DNA from: Camelus ferus
Taxonomy: Eukaryota
Length of the DNA: 64,000 nucleotides
Assembly (NCBI RefSeq): GCF_009834535.1
Contig: NC_045707.1
Span: 48,920,001-48,984,000 of the forward strand
Direction: 5' to 3'
Made by a program: the position numbers and the translations under genes. Within the stretch, counting starts at the first letter, position 1; every line of letters starts with the position of its first letter. Of the stretch, positions 52,092 to 64,000 are shown one piece after another. The notes beneath the pieces are model-generated. The model ran no database searches and was not told the origin of the DNA. It worked only from the letters and a program-made list of their open reading frames with translations.

Positions 52092-52450
52092 TATTGTGCT
52101 AGTTTCCTAGGATTGACTGCCACAACTCAGTGCCACAAACTGGGTAGCTTCGAACAAGAGACACTTATTCTCACAGTTCTAGAGTCCGTAAGTCTGAAAT
52201 CAAGGTGTCAGCAGGGTCACACTCCTTCGGAAGACTTTAGGGATAGAATCTTTCCTTACTTCTTTCAGCCTCTGATGACTCCTGATGTTTCTATCAATGT
52301 TTGTTATCATTGAATTTAGGGCCCACCCTAATCTAGGATGACCTCATCTCAAGATCGTAACCTAATTACACCTATGAAGACTTCTTTTCCAAGTAATATC
52401 CCATTTACAGGTTCCAGGTAAACATCTTTTAGAGGCCACCATTCAAGCTA
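52092..52450 (-). mobile_element. MLT1 (B/C-like) LTR
   Basis: ccacaaactgggtagctt...cttattctcacagttctaga...aagtctgaaatcaaggtgtcagcaggg...gggcccaccctaatctaggatgacctcatctcaagatc. Confidence 0.8.
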
Positions 52451-54907
52451 ATCCACCTATTTCTAGGAATTTAGAAGTACATAAAGAGGAGCTTTATAAT
52501 GGAGACAGAAAGATAAGAGGTGGCTTTCAACACCTGAACACAAGGTTAATAATTTACTTTATAGATATTGGTAAGCCATTGAAAATTTGAGTCAGATGAT
52601 GAATGCTGTGATTTAGAAAGATTAATCTGGTGGCAGAATCCAGAATTTGCTGAATAGGGAAGATATTTGAGACAAAAAAACAAACAAGCAAACAACAAAA
52701 AAAACCAGTTAGGAGGTATGTGTGAAGCTCTGAGTAAAGACTTGGTCAAGGGTTATGATGCTGAAAATCAGAAAAATATTTTACGTAAAAATTCAAAGAA
52801 CTTGATAAATAAATTGGTTGTGAGTGATTAAGAATATTGAACAAGTTAAGGGTTCCTCTCAGAGTTTAAGCATTAGTTACTCAGAGGATGCTAGTAGTAT
52901 TTCTGAAAGTAGAATTAAGTCCAGAGTGGGAGCTATTGCGAGGAGAAGATAATTATTTGTGTGTGTGGGACATACTGAATTTTTGCTGGGAATTCAGGAC
53001 TATATGCTAAAAAATAAAAAGGACTTGAGATAGGTTTGAGAGTTATTTTTGTAATTGTGATATATGAAAAAATGAGATTAGGTAATGTTCCTAAAACAGT
53101 TTATGGCCAAAGGCTTCGAGAAACTGTTCAGAGATTATCCTTAAAATACCATTTACGGTAATGTTGTTGTTTGGGAACCTGGCTAACAAAACAAGGAAAC
53201 TATAATTTAACTCTAATCAACCATTCTGCCAAAACAGATCCACATAAGGGAAAATAAATACAACAACTTGCCACTCTTTTCACTTTTATTGGGCAAATGG
53301 TCTGACTTCAATTGGCTTTATTTCTGAACTGTAATTACTTCAGTGGCTGTGGTATCTGGTCATCTCAGCATAAGCAGTCTGTCAACATTTCGGGTCATTT
53401 CAGTCCATCATCTTGATAAAAGTCAAGCCTGACCTCTCCCCTGAAAGTTGTTTTTCTCTTCTCTTGGCCAACATACTTGCTTTCTGTTTCTTTGCAGATC
53501 AAAAATATTGATTTACCATCCTAATATGACAGCTGATAACAGCTTTAGAACCCCTCTCAGTATTAATATTAGCATATATATGTTTTTCCAATAGAGTAAT
53601 ACCTCTTTTCATAAAGAAAACGACTCTCCTACCTACTACATTGTTGTTAAGAGTTGTATCATCAGAGATAGGAAAAATAAGTATATAATCTATAAAGCAG
53701 AAAGACATAGGTAACAATTCACAAAGAAATGATAAATTACTACTAAAATAAGTCAATGGGTTGGTCAAAGAGGGGAAAGGAAAGTTGGAATAAGTTTAGC
53801 AAAAAGAGGTAGAAATAAAGAGAAATCTTCACCAAGGACATTTATCAGCAGGTATACAGTCAGCAAGGGGCTGTCTCAAAGTTAGTGTTTCTGAAAGTGT
53901 GATTCTTGGACCACTACTACCAAAATGAATTTAAGGGCTTGATAAAACAGCAGATAGCTGGACCCTAACTTTGGGGATTTTTTTTTTTTTTTCCGAGGGA
54001 TTTCTATCTTCTCAGCAACTGTAGAAATATTACTCTAAGGTCATTTGGAAGCAGCCAGCAAAGAACTCCAGCTAGCCGATAGCAATGACCTGAAACAGGC
54101 AATCAGAGCAACCTCTTCTGCCCTCAGGTCATTCTCTGCTGAACAGAAGCTCAGCCTGATGGGAAGCAGGAACCTCCTTTCAGGCTGCAGTCACCCTCAA
54201 AAAAGTTTAAGTGAGCTTTACTTCAAAGCCAACCAGCTGATCCTAATAGGGCTTTCTAAACCCCCACAGCTCATCAGCAGTCTGGCATTTGTTCAGTAAA
54301 GTGGAATTCTTTAACTCTTTCAGATCACAAGGAGATAGGGATCTGATTAAAATAAATGTCTCATTTTCGACAATCAATTGTTGTGAAGTCATTTCAGTTA
54401 AAGTGTAAATTAGATTGTGTGAAATACAGAGAAATGGGCTTACATTTTGATAGAGTTGGGCAGGAAAGGGGCCTGGAAGGCAACAGATGCCTAACATGAT
54501 ATAAATGGGAAGAAACTGGACATGAGGATGAGACATGGATTCAACTCTGGAATTTTATGATGTAGAAAAGCTGTTGATTCTTTTGGATCCTCAGATATTC
54601 CCAATCTATGAAATGGAGACTGATATCACCAGCATCAGGGTTGCTGCAAGGATTACATATGACAATATTGTCTTGGAACACTCTAGGGGCTCAATAAAAA
54701 ATGTTTCTTTTTTGTTTCCTGGATTTGAGAAATGTTTTATCCTCAAGAGGAGACAAATGGTTCAGAAAGTAGAGAAGAATATGATGTAATTATACCTTCA
54801 AATCTTCACATTTTGCTCAACATATGCCATGCAACAGCAACACAGAAAACAACAGGTGGGGAATGATATGACTGACACTTTGAAAAGAGCCTACTCCCAT
54901 GTATTAG

Positions 54908-54955
54908 CATCATGACCTGGTTCTTGTGTGCCATCATGACCTGGTTCTTGTGTGC
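54908..54955. repeat. Perfect 24-bp tandem duplication
   Basis: CATCATGACCTGGTTCTTGTGTGC x2. Confidence 0.95.
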
Positions 54956-56364
54956 CACCCAGAAGGAAATATGGGATAGTCAATTTTAGGACAAAGGTCC
55001 TGACTAAGGCATTTTTAAAGGCCAATCTCACCAATTTTTTTAAAATCCCTTGACTCTCATGCTCCTCATTTAGAATATCAGCTAAATGGCTTTTCCTGTA
55101 CCCAGATCCCCTGAACTCCTCACCCTCTTCCCGCAGTTTAAAAAACTATTCTGTCCATCTGCCTCAGCACACAGCCCCCTCCATAGGTAGGGGAGGTGTA
55201 CTGGTATCAAGTGAAATACTTTACAAATCAAATGTCCTACAATTCTAACAATAAATGGAATCTTGGCAATGAACGAGGGTTTTTTCCCCCTAGATTTTTA
55301 AAGACTGAAATATCTTTCTCACGTGCTTAATGATTTATTTTTTTAATAAGGTTGGTTTTATGGAAAGAAAGTCCAGAGGTGTTTCTGTAAACTGATGGAG
55401 ATGCCAGCTTTTTGCCTTGACTCCAGCCAAATGTAGTTGAAATTAAATGCTTTAACTACTGGAGGTCATTAAATCAAAGTTTAAAAAAGATTTAGTTGTT
55501 TGTGAATATAAAACATCAACATGTGGAAAATATAGTTAAGGGAGGCATCTCATGTTGTTCTTTTACGTGGTTAGGCCATAATTTTAAATGCATTTAATGG
55601 TCAAAAAGCCATAAAGGAAAAAGGCATCGTTCCTTGAGAGTTTGTATTAGGGAACACTGATATACTTCTGGAAAATACACAAGCCTTGTTAAAGAAGTGT
55701 TGATTGAATGGAAATCTGAAATATGAGTTAACTCAGATACAGGGTTGAAAGCTTTCTGCAGAGAGAAAGCAGCAAGTGTATGGTCCCCTGATGTAGGAAG
55801 GTGCATGGTACACGCCGACTCACCTGAAAGGAGCTAGGACCAAAGAGTAATAACTGAGTGCTGATACTGGAAAAATAGGCAAGAAGAACCTGCGTATGTT
55901 CTTGCAAGCCATATTATAGATTTTGGTCTTTCTCTTAAAAGCAAAGAAATTTACTGGAAGGTTCAAAGCAGGAAATAGACATGATCAGATTTGTATTTTA
56001 AAAATACTACTCTAGGCTACTGTGATTATAAAAGCAAAAGTATACAGAAGGAGACCAGGTATGGAATCTTTGCAGGGTCCATGAGCAAGAAGCTGGCATC
56101 AAGGGTGGAGGAACATCAATTAAAAAAAAAAAAGGGGGGGGGTGCAGGTAGAGATTGTTCTAAGAGCAGTTACAGGGGTAGTGGTTAGAGTCACGCCTTG
56201 GATGAAGAGAAGTAAGTGACTTTTAGAAGCATTTATAATATAATATGTCTTGAAAATTGAATTATATTGGGGGAATAAGAGAGAGAGATTTCAATAATAC
56301 TCAAGTTGAACACAGCATTGTAAATCAACTACACTTCAATTTTAAAAATAAAACTTAAAAAAAG

Positions 56365-56862
56365 AAAAGTCCAGGACCTGATGGCTTAACTAGTGAATTT
56401 AAACCACAAGTTTAAAGAGGAACTAATATCAATCCTTCCCAAAGTCTTTTAAAGCATAGAAGAGAAGGGAACATATCCCAGCTCATTCTATGAGGCTAGT
56501 ATTAATCTGATACTAAAGCCAGAAAAATACATCACAAGAAAATCATAGACCAACATTCCTTATTAATATAGATAAAAATACCATCAACAAAATGCTAGCA
56601 AACCAAATCCATTAGCACGTAACAATGTTTTTATACCATGACCAAGTGGGATTTATCTGAGGGAAACAAAGTTGATATAACACTCTAACTCAATCAATGT
56701 CACAATATTAATATAATAAAGGACAGAAACCTCATGGTTATCTCAACAGATTCAAAAAGAGCATTAGACAAAATTAATGATTAAAAACACTCTACAAATT
56801 GGGAATAGAAAGAAATTTCCTTAACCTGAACTTTCTTAACCTGATGAAAAGCATTTATAAAC
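56365..56862 (+). mobile_element. Old L1 ORF2 fragment (RT N-terminal region)
   Basis: aaaagtccaggacctgatggc (KSPGPDG) ... ttctatgaggctagtatt (FYEASI) ... catgaccaagtgggattt (HDQVGF). Confidence 0.85.
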
Positions 56863-58389
56863 ATGTGGTAAGATTTTTATTCCTTTGGACTATGTTGGTG
56901 TGGTGCAGGGGAGGGGTATAGCTAGTGTATTAAATTAAGAATATGCAAATTTTAACTGTTGAAGGGGGAGGCATAAGTCACCCACACAGGGCTGGCAGAT
57001 AGCTCCCTCAGCATCTGAGTGAGCTCCCAGTTAGGGGAAGTGAAAACCCCTTGGTCATTTTAATCGATGGTGAAGTTTCAATATATTCACATAAAGAAAG
57101 TAAAGTCCCCAGACTTGTTACTTACAGATTCCAGAAAAGGAGGTGGGTGGGTGAGGGGGTCCAATGAGTTAGGGGAAGGGCAGTCCTCCATCCCAGTTCA
57201 CACACAAGTGAGCAGGAAAGTGAGAGCAGGGTGGCAAGCACCTATTACTTACAAGGTGGCTGGGTGGCGGTCACTAACTTTTTGTGGACTCAGCTCTAAG
57301 TGGTTAGTTTAAAAAGTGCCCCAGGAAAAACAAAGCAGAAACTTGTGGTGGGAATCCTAAGCTCAGGTCCTTATTTAAATGTCCAAACTGTGGGTGAAGC
57401 AGGGTTGTCATACTATAAAATGCCTAGGCAGCAACTCAAAATAGCTGTTTTCTCATCCCATGTGGACATTCAAATGGAGATATTGCCTAGGCAGTTAGAT
57501 TACTAGTTTGGAGTTCAGAAGAAACATAAAGAGATGAAAGTACACATTTCACCATCATTAGCATACAGATGATATTTAAAGCCAAGGGACTGGATATAAT
57601 ATAAATTGAACATTTTAGAATCTATGGAGATAACGTATTTGGTGGACACCTTATTGGATATACTGTGGTTGCAAAGATGGGCATGGTTTGAAGTGTAAGT
57701 TGGCTGTGATTGTAATAAAACTAAGAAAAACATTTCATTACGTAGGAGGGCACATGTGAAGGATAATTGATGATTTTGATTTTAGCTATGATGAATTGTA
57801 TAAGATATAAAATAAGTCTCGTAGAAATGTACCAGTAGGCAGTTGGAAAAGAGAGAGCAAATTTGGAAGAGAGAAAAGGGGAAAATATAAAGATGTTGGT
57901 GCTCTCAACCAAGAAATGATATCTGAAGTTAAGAGATAGGATATAATGTCATGATATCAGCGCGAAAGACTATACAGAGAATTCCAGATTCATAACTAAT
58001 TGTGGCTGAATAATAGCATTCCACTGATTGTGGCTGAATGTTACCTTGTATGGCAAAAACGACTGTACATATAATTAAGTTAAGCATCTCAAGATGGAGA
58101 CATTTTCCTGGATTACATGTTGGACCACATGTATTCTCAAGAGAAAAGGAAGCTGTATGAGAAAATAAATTCTTTGAATAGTAATTTTTATATTTACATC
58201 TCTATTAAGTATTCTTATTTGTATATAAATGTATATAATATAGATATGACAAATTGTATCAATAAGTTATTAATGGTTCCATAAATGTTTACGGGAATAA
58301 AATAAAATTTAATATACATGAGCATTATAGAGATGTACCTGAAATGAACAGCCACTTAGGAAAATAAAACAATAAGAAAACTATAAAGA

Positions 58390-58483
58390 TGTCCATGAAT
58401 GACTGAAAAATTGTGCTGAACACTGGAATTTGACACAACATTGTAAAATGATTATAAATCAATAAAAAATGTTAAAAAAAAAA
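58390..58483 (+). mobile_element. Very short (94 bp) 5'-truncated young L1 3' end with a perfect 16-bp TSD
   Basis: TSD AAGAAAACTATAAAGA at 58374-58389 and 58484-58499; body homologous to 42580-42675. Confidence 0.92.
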
Positions 58484-58849
58484 AAGAAAACTATAAAGAG
58501 AAACTTGCAGAAGAGTGATGTTCACAGGAAAGTAGTTATCTGTCTTTGTCTTAAACAGAGATGTAACTGAAATATATTTACTAATGACAAATTAAGTGAA
58601 AAATCAGCAGACATTATACTTACTAGCTGCCTGATTCATACTTACACCTGATGCCTGGAGCTACAACAATGGACAAGACAGTTCCTTCCATCAAAAAAAC
58701 AAACAAAAAAATACACCGTAGGGCAGTGTTCCTCCAAATGTAGTTATGGACCAGAGGAACCAGAATCAGAATCATCAGTAGTCCCCTTCAGCCCTATTAT
58801 GTAAGAATCTTTTGGGCAGGTCCCAGTATCTACATTTTTTCCCCTAAAA

Positions 58850-60215
58850 ACAGACAATCTTATAACAATTGATTCAGGTGTACAGAAAACTTGGGAAGAT
58901 ACTACAGAAAGTCCCCATATACACCTTACATACTTTCCCCATTATGCCTCTTACATTAATATGGTGTGTTTGTTACAATTAATGAACCAATGTTGATGCA
59001 CTATTATTAAGACCATACTTTATTCAGAATTCTTTAGTTTTTCCTTCATATCCTTTATCTGATCCAGGATCCAGCATTGCATTTAATTGTCATATCCCCT
59101 TAGGCTCCTCTTGGCAGGGAATATTTCTTAAACTTTTTAAAATTCTTGATGACCTTCATAATTTTGAGGCGTACTGGTTAAGTATTACATACAATGTACT
59201 GACACTAGCACGTTAAGAATTTATCTGATGTTGTTCCCATAAGTAGATTGAGGTTATAGGTTTTGGGAAAGTAAACTGAAGAGATAAATTTCCATTTTCA
59301 TTACAGATCCAGGGCACATATGATCAACATTATTTATGACTGATGTTGATCTTGATCACCTGGCTGGGGTCGTGTTTATCAGGTTTATTCACTGTAAAGG
59401 TACTCTTTCCCCCTCTTTCTGTACTGTACTCTTTGGGAGGAAGTTTCTATGCTCATGCCACACTTAACGTTCATAACTCCCCTTAGGGCAGAGTATCTAC
59501 ATCAATTATTTGAAATTCTTATACGTAGAAGATTTGTCTGTTCTCTCCTATTTTAATACTTTATTCAAGCATTTATTTATATCAGTATGCATTCATAATT
59601 TTTTTTTTATACTTTGGACTATAATCTAATGCTACTTTATTCTGTTTGTGCAAATCATTTCAGCTTTGGCCACTGGGGGCTTCTTCAATTGTCTTCTATG
59701 TCCCATAGTCTCTATTAAAATGTTTTTTGTTTCTGTTTTGTTTTTGTTTTTGTTTTTAGCATTTCTTTACTTTCTGGCACTATGAGTTGCTTGGGGTTCA
59801 CCTTCCTGCCCCAAGTGTATAATCAGCTATTTCTCTGAGGTACCATTTTTTTTTTTATGGGAAAATGGCATTTGACACCAATATCTCTGTGGTAGGTGCG
59901 TTCATTGCACCTGGGGTGTCATTCTTTTAGGTACTCTCAGCTAACAGAGGAAGAAAATATGTACGTATATACATATATCTATAAGTATTCTAATTTGTAA
60001 CTATCTGTGCTAACTGTATTAAGCTAAACATGAGCTTTTCCCAATGTCTCCAACTTGATTCCAGCACACATTAGTCTTGCCTCTTCTCCTTGCTTACCTG
60101 TAAATTCCTACCCAGCAGTAAGAAACCTGGTTCCTACCATCCACCATCCATTTCTTTAGTTGTTTAATTCCAGTATTCATTTATAGCAGTATCAGAGTTG
60201 TTAATCTATACTCCC
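58850..60215 (-). mobile_element. Old L1M (MC/MD-like) 3' region, apparently splitting a MER5-like MITE (~58722-58840 and ~60220-60260)
   Basis: tttgttacaattaatgaaccaatgttgatgcactattatt...gatccaggatcc...ttgcatttaattgtcat...; cagtgttcctccaaatgtagt MER5-like start upstream. Confidence 0.7.
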
Positions 60216-63200
60216 ACCTCCTACATTTCTTAGCAAGCTTTTCAAGTACTTACACACATCAATGTGATGATGGGTTAATCACATTGAATAAATAATTTCT
60301 GAATGTAGTTATATGCACCTTTTTGTCCTTTTATAAGATAAAAAAATCTGTCTCCTTAAAAGATCATAATTTTGCATTTTTTATACTTTAAATATTTAAT
60401 ACTGAGTATTAAAATTGAATGTAGTTTATATTAACTTCAATTTTGAGACTAATCAGTAATAAAAAGGAAGTAAATAGCCATAGCAACAATCACACTAATC
60501 ATTTTGTTTGTTAATAACAAGTATTTTATCTCTGTTTGTTAATAGCAAGTAATAGATTTCTCACCTTGAATGTAATTAGTTGATATTGTCTCCCTCTGCA
60601 GACTCTACTTATTAATAGAAGTAAATGCAATTCATTAGAAAATGTAAAAATATGAGCAATTCACTGCCTAACAGAAGAAATACCTGCATCAAGCTTTAGG
60701 ATTTAGCTATCAGTGACCCATGTAAACTAGCTTAACGGGGGAAAAAAGGTGGAGGTGGTTTAGATTAGGGTTATCTCATGGAATTCAAGGAGGGGAGTCC
60801 GGCAGGGCTCAGAAACATGCTGAAAAGAGAAACTGCCAGGCCCTCTTGATTTTAGTTTTCACATCTGTTTTCCTCTGTGTACCTTCTTAATTTGTCCCTC
60901 TTGGCCTCTCTGGTTCACATGTCTGAAAAAAAAAAACTTCTTTGCTCTTGTACTATGCTTCCTTTACTGTGTTAGTTACCCCAAAACAACAGTATCTTCT
61001 AGGTACACATTCTCAATCTGAGACTCAGAGTGGATTCTGATTTAATCAATAAAGGCTGTAAGAAAAAGGTATGTACTGACCTAAATGGAAGTTGGTCATT
61101 GTGGAGGAAACAGGATAAAGAAATGGTAGCTGTGACTGGGCAGTATCTCCAAAAGTGTCTGCTACAAAGCTTAGTAAGACATTGAACATGGAGCTCTGTT
61201 CATCAATAAAGTAGTACTTCTGGCTAGGCCAAAATGATTGGTTGATTTCTACCTTCTGAAGGTTAGTAGGTATATTGTCTGAACCATTTCTCTGGCATAT
61301 TATTTTTTCCAATATCTTTTTGTTTAATTCCTGAAACATTATATTCATCATTCTTGATTAGTCATATCCAGGGCTACCCTCTCCATATGCACTGAATCAC
61401 TACTCCCAGACATCTATCTGGGAGTGAGAACTGTTCCCCACTGAGTTCTCAAAGATGAAAAAATTGCCCAGTGTGATACCTGACTATGTGCCTTATCCCA
61501 AAGGATAATATCCCTGCCTTATCATGCTTTTCAAAACTCACATTTTCTACTCCTGGAACATTTACTGATCATGAAGTTGCCATCATTCCAATACCTTGGA
61601 GATTCAGAGATCCCAGCTAAACTCAGTGAATATCTAAAGAGAATAAAGTAAAGGTCAACACAGGCACAGCACAATACCTGTGTAAATACACCTTTAGAAT
61701 TACTTTTCTCACTTGAGGCAATGTTTTTTAATTGAATCCCTCAAGTGAGAGAAGAATTAGCCTGAGTGGTTTACAAGTTAAAGTACACACTTCAGGAGTT
61801 AATGAAATGTGAAGAACACATATACTTTTCCACAGCATGTTTGAAGAAAAAAGTCTACATTGCTCTGACCCATCAAAAGATAATGCAAACTTATTTTCCT
61901 ATCTCCCACTTGACTTGAAAAAAAAAAATCAAGTGCTATAGAAGTTATATAATGTCTTCTTATGTGCCTAAAAAAAGATCTCCTCACTTCTTATACCTTT
62001 TCTTTCTTTAATTTCTAGAGTTTACCCGGTTCTAAGACAAGATGGCATACTTACTATCAAACAACAGAGCTGTACTATTAAATCACACATGCCTGGCTTC
62101 TCGATATTAGACCCATAGTCACAGTAATGCATTCACACAAAGCATGCTGGCTTTAAAAGGTTTTATTGTTGAGCCTCCTCGCTTTACTAACATTCCTTCT
62201 GAGCCCTTGGATACCATCAAGATTCATCCATTTAATGTCAAGTTAATTTATTAATTTCACAACTCATTCTTAAGGCCAGGGGTCCCTAAGGATGATGCTC
62301 TCTTGAAATTAACACTAGACTGATACATAACTATATGGTCATCAAAACTGGAACAACTTAAAACCAATTTGGAACTACCTACAGAGAAAGTGAGAAAAAG
62401 AGGTGAGGGTGGGGAAGTAATAAAAAATTTCCTTTCCGAAATAACAGGAGTTAGAAATCTGCATAGCTGTGTATGGAATATATTACTTACATCCATTTTT
62501 AAGTCAGTACAGTGAATCATATGGGTGGACGATTTTGCTGGCAGCAAATACAGAACAGCCTTAAGGCAGCAAGTATATGCAAAATAAAAAGTCCAAGGGG
62601 AACATAGTAATGGTTACATATGGGCACCAGCCTTAAGACTGTTACGGTGAGACCAAAAACAGTATCAATTTTAAAAATTAATACTTGTTAAATTAAACAT
62701 GCTTTACAAAAATTTTTTTAATGAGAGCCAAAATACTATGAATTCATTGATATTGGCAACTATGACAAGATAAAATTTTAAAAGAAGCATACAACCAAAA
62801 GTAATAAAAATAGAAATATATTTCTAACCGTGTTTATAGAGTCCCCGAACATTAAAGAAAGGAAAGGTGGTGAAAAGTGGGGGAAATCTCTATTTTAAGC
62901 ATATATGAATACATTATGTAACTACTGAAGGATTGAAATTTTTAAATTTGCATATAGTGTCACTTGCCAGAAGCAGATATTTTATGCATAACCACAGATG
63001 GAAGCTGTTAGCTGAGATTTTGTCTTTAGTTTATCATCGTCATTAGATATTAATTGGAATAGATTGGTATCTACCTGCCGGCTTTCACAAGAAGAAAAGT
63101 ACAAAGTGAATCAGTTTTCAGATCACAGTTCAACTGGGTATAAGGAGAACAAGACACATTATGGGAAATATTCGGCACATATTCTTTAATGTTAAATTGG

Positions 63201-64000
63201 CTATACTTGATTTATTGCAGAGTGTTTAAAGAGAAAATCTGATACTCCAAGAAGCGAAAGTCAGGAATGTGTAAGAGATGAGAATTCACCATGCTCTTGT
63301 ACCAGATCTGAGATAATCCTCCTGAAAATCTACCAAAATGGAGGCAAGAGAGAAAACTGGCTCCAACATTTCAAAACTAAGCTCCCTCCCTCTGAATTTT
63401 AGCAACCTCAGAAATGTTTGCAAATTGAAATTTACAAACATCCTTTGTTAAGGATTTGTTCACATTATAGTATGTATTATGTATATTCATTGTATTCACA
63501 TATTGGAAGACAGAATGCTTTTTGAGAAGACTGCCCTATGCCTCAGCTTTTACCTTCAGAGTGTTTAGTGTCTTCTATTTATTATCTGATATTTAAACAA
63601 TCTCAGTGTAATGGGAAGGGGATTTAGGATTTTTAAGAATTTAAAAGAATGAAAATTAATGCACAATAAGTGGAGAAGGAGGATATGTTACTGTTATTTG
63701 GCTTCTGGTTTTACATAGTTACTTGAAGGAATTTGCTTCAGAAAGTCTAGATTCTGACCCCAGTTCCATCACTTTCATGCACGTCAATGCCGTTTCTTTA
63801 GTCTGCGTCATTTAGATGCTAAATTCTATACATCTCAAGGTTCTTAGGAGGATCCAGTGAGATCATAAACTATGACGCATCATTCAGACTGCATGTGAAA
63901 AATCATTTCTCGAGCCTTATGCCCAGGTTGGAGAAGAGATAGGAGAGAAGAGTACAGTCAGAACAAGGAGCATTGCTCCAGATTATGGGGGGAGGAGAGA

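Noticed and set aside
56905..56930. ggggaggggtatagctagtg resembling the head of a tRNA-derived SINE
   Set aside because: Only about 20 nt match, with no B-box or body following; not called as SINE or tRNA.
56957..57455. Possible antisense ERV solo LTR (TG...CA bounded, GC-richer block)
   Set aside because: I could not assign a family or confirm a TSD by eye; needs RepeatMasker.
1..64000. CRISPR arrays, operons, rRNA or tRNA genes
   Set aside because: Mammalian DNA; I saw no repeat-spacer arrays or structured RNA genes.

Overview
Mammalian (eutherian) genomic DNA, AT-rich and repeat-rich. The style of the young L1 3' ends and the absence of Alu, B1/B2, Bov-tA and PRE1 SINEs suggest a camelid (inference). 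The left end holds the last coding exon of EPYC (epiphycan, 2927-3097, +), which the ORF track misses because it starts at a splice acceptor. It is followed by the gene CCER1 (intronless CDS 10623-11840, +) in a CpG island with a TATA/Inr/CCAAT/X-box/CRE-half-site promoter. The remaining ~52 kb has no recognisable coding gene and contains L1, L2, MIR, MLT1, ERVL and DNA-transposon relics. Main points of interest: (1) CCER1 has a HEXIM-like basic motif plus an AP-x-NTTQF-x-M motif and acidic tail, suggesting a testis P-TEFb/7SK-related protein; (2) a TSD-flanked ~3.1 kb L1 derivative with 5'UTR, ORF1 and 3' end but almost no ORF2 (half-L1 or spliced L1); (3) a 1-nt frameshift at the CCER1 C-terminus; (4) convergent CTCF motifs around CCER1; (5) an inverted copy of a Tigger fragment together with its flank; (6) splice signals that would allow a CDS-skipping CCER1 transcript. 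Repeat boundaries are approximate. Family names and orthologue comparisons come from recall, not from database searches.
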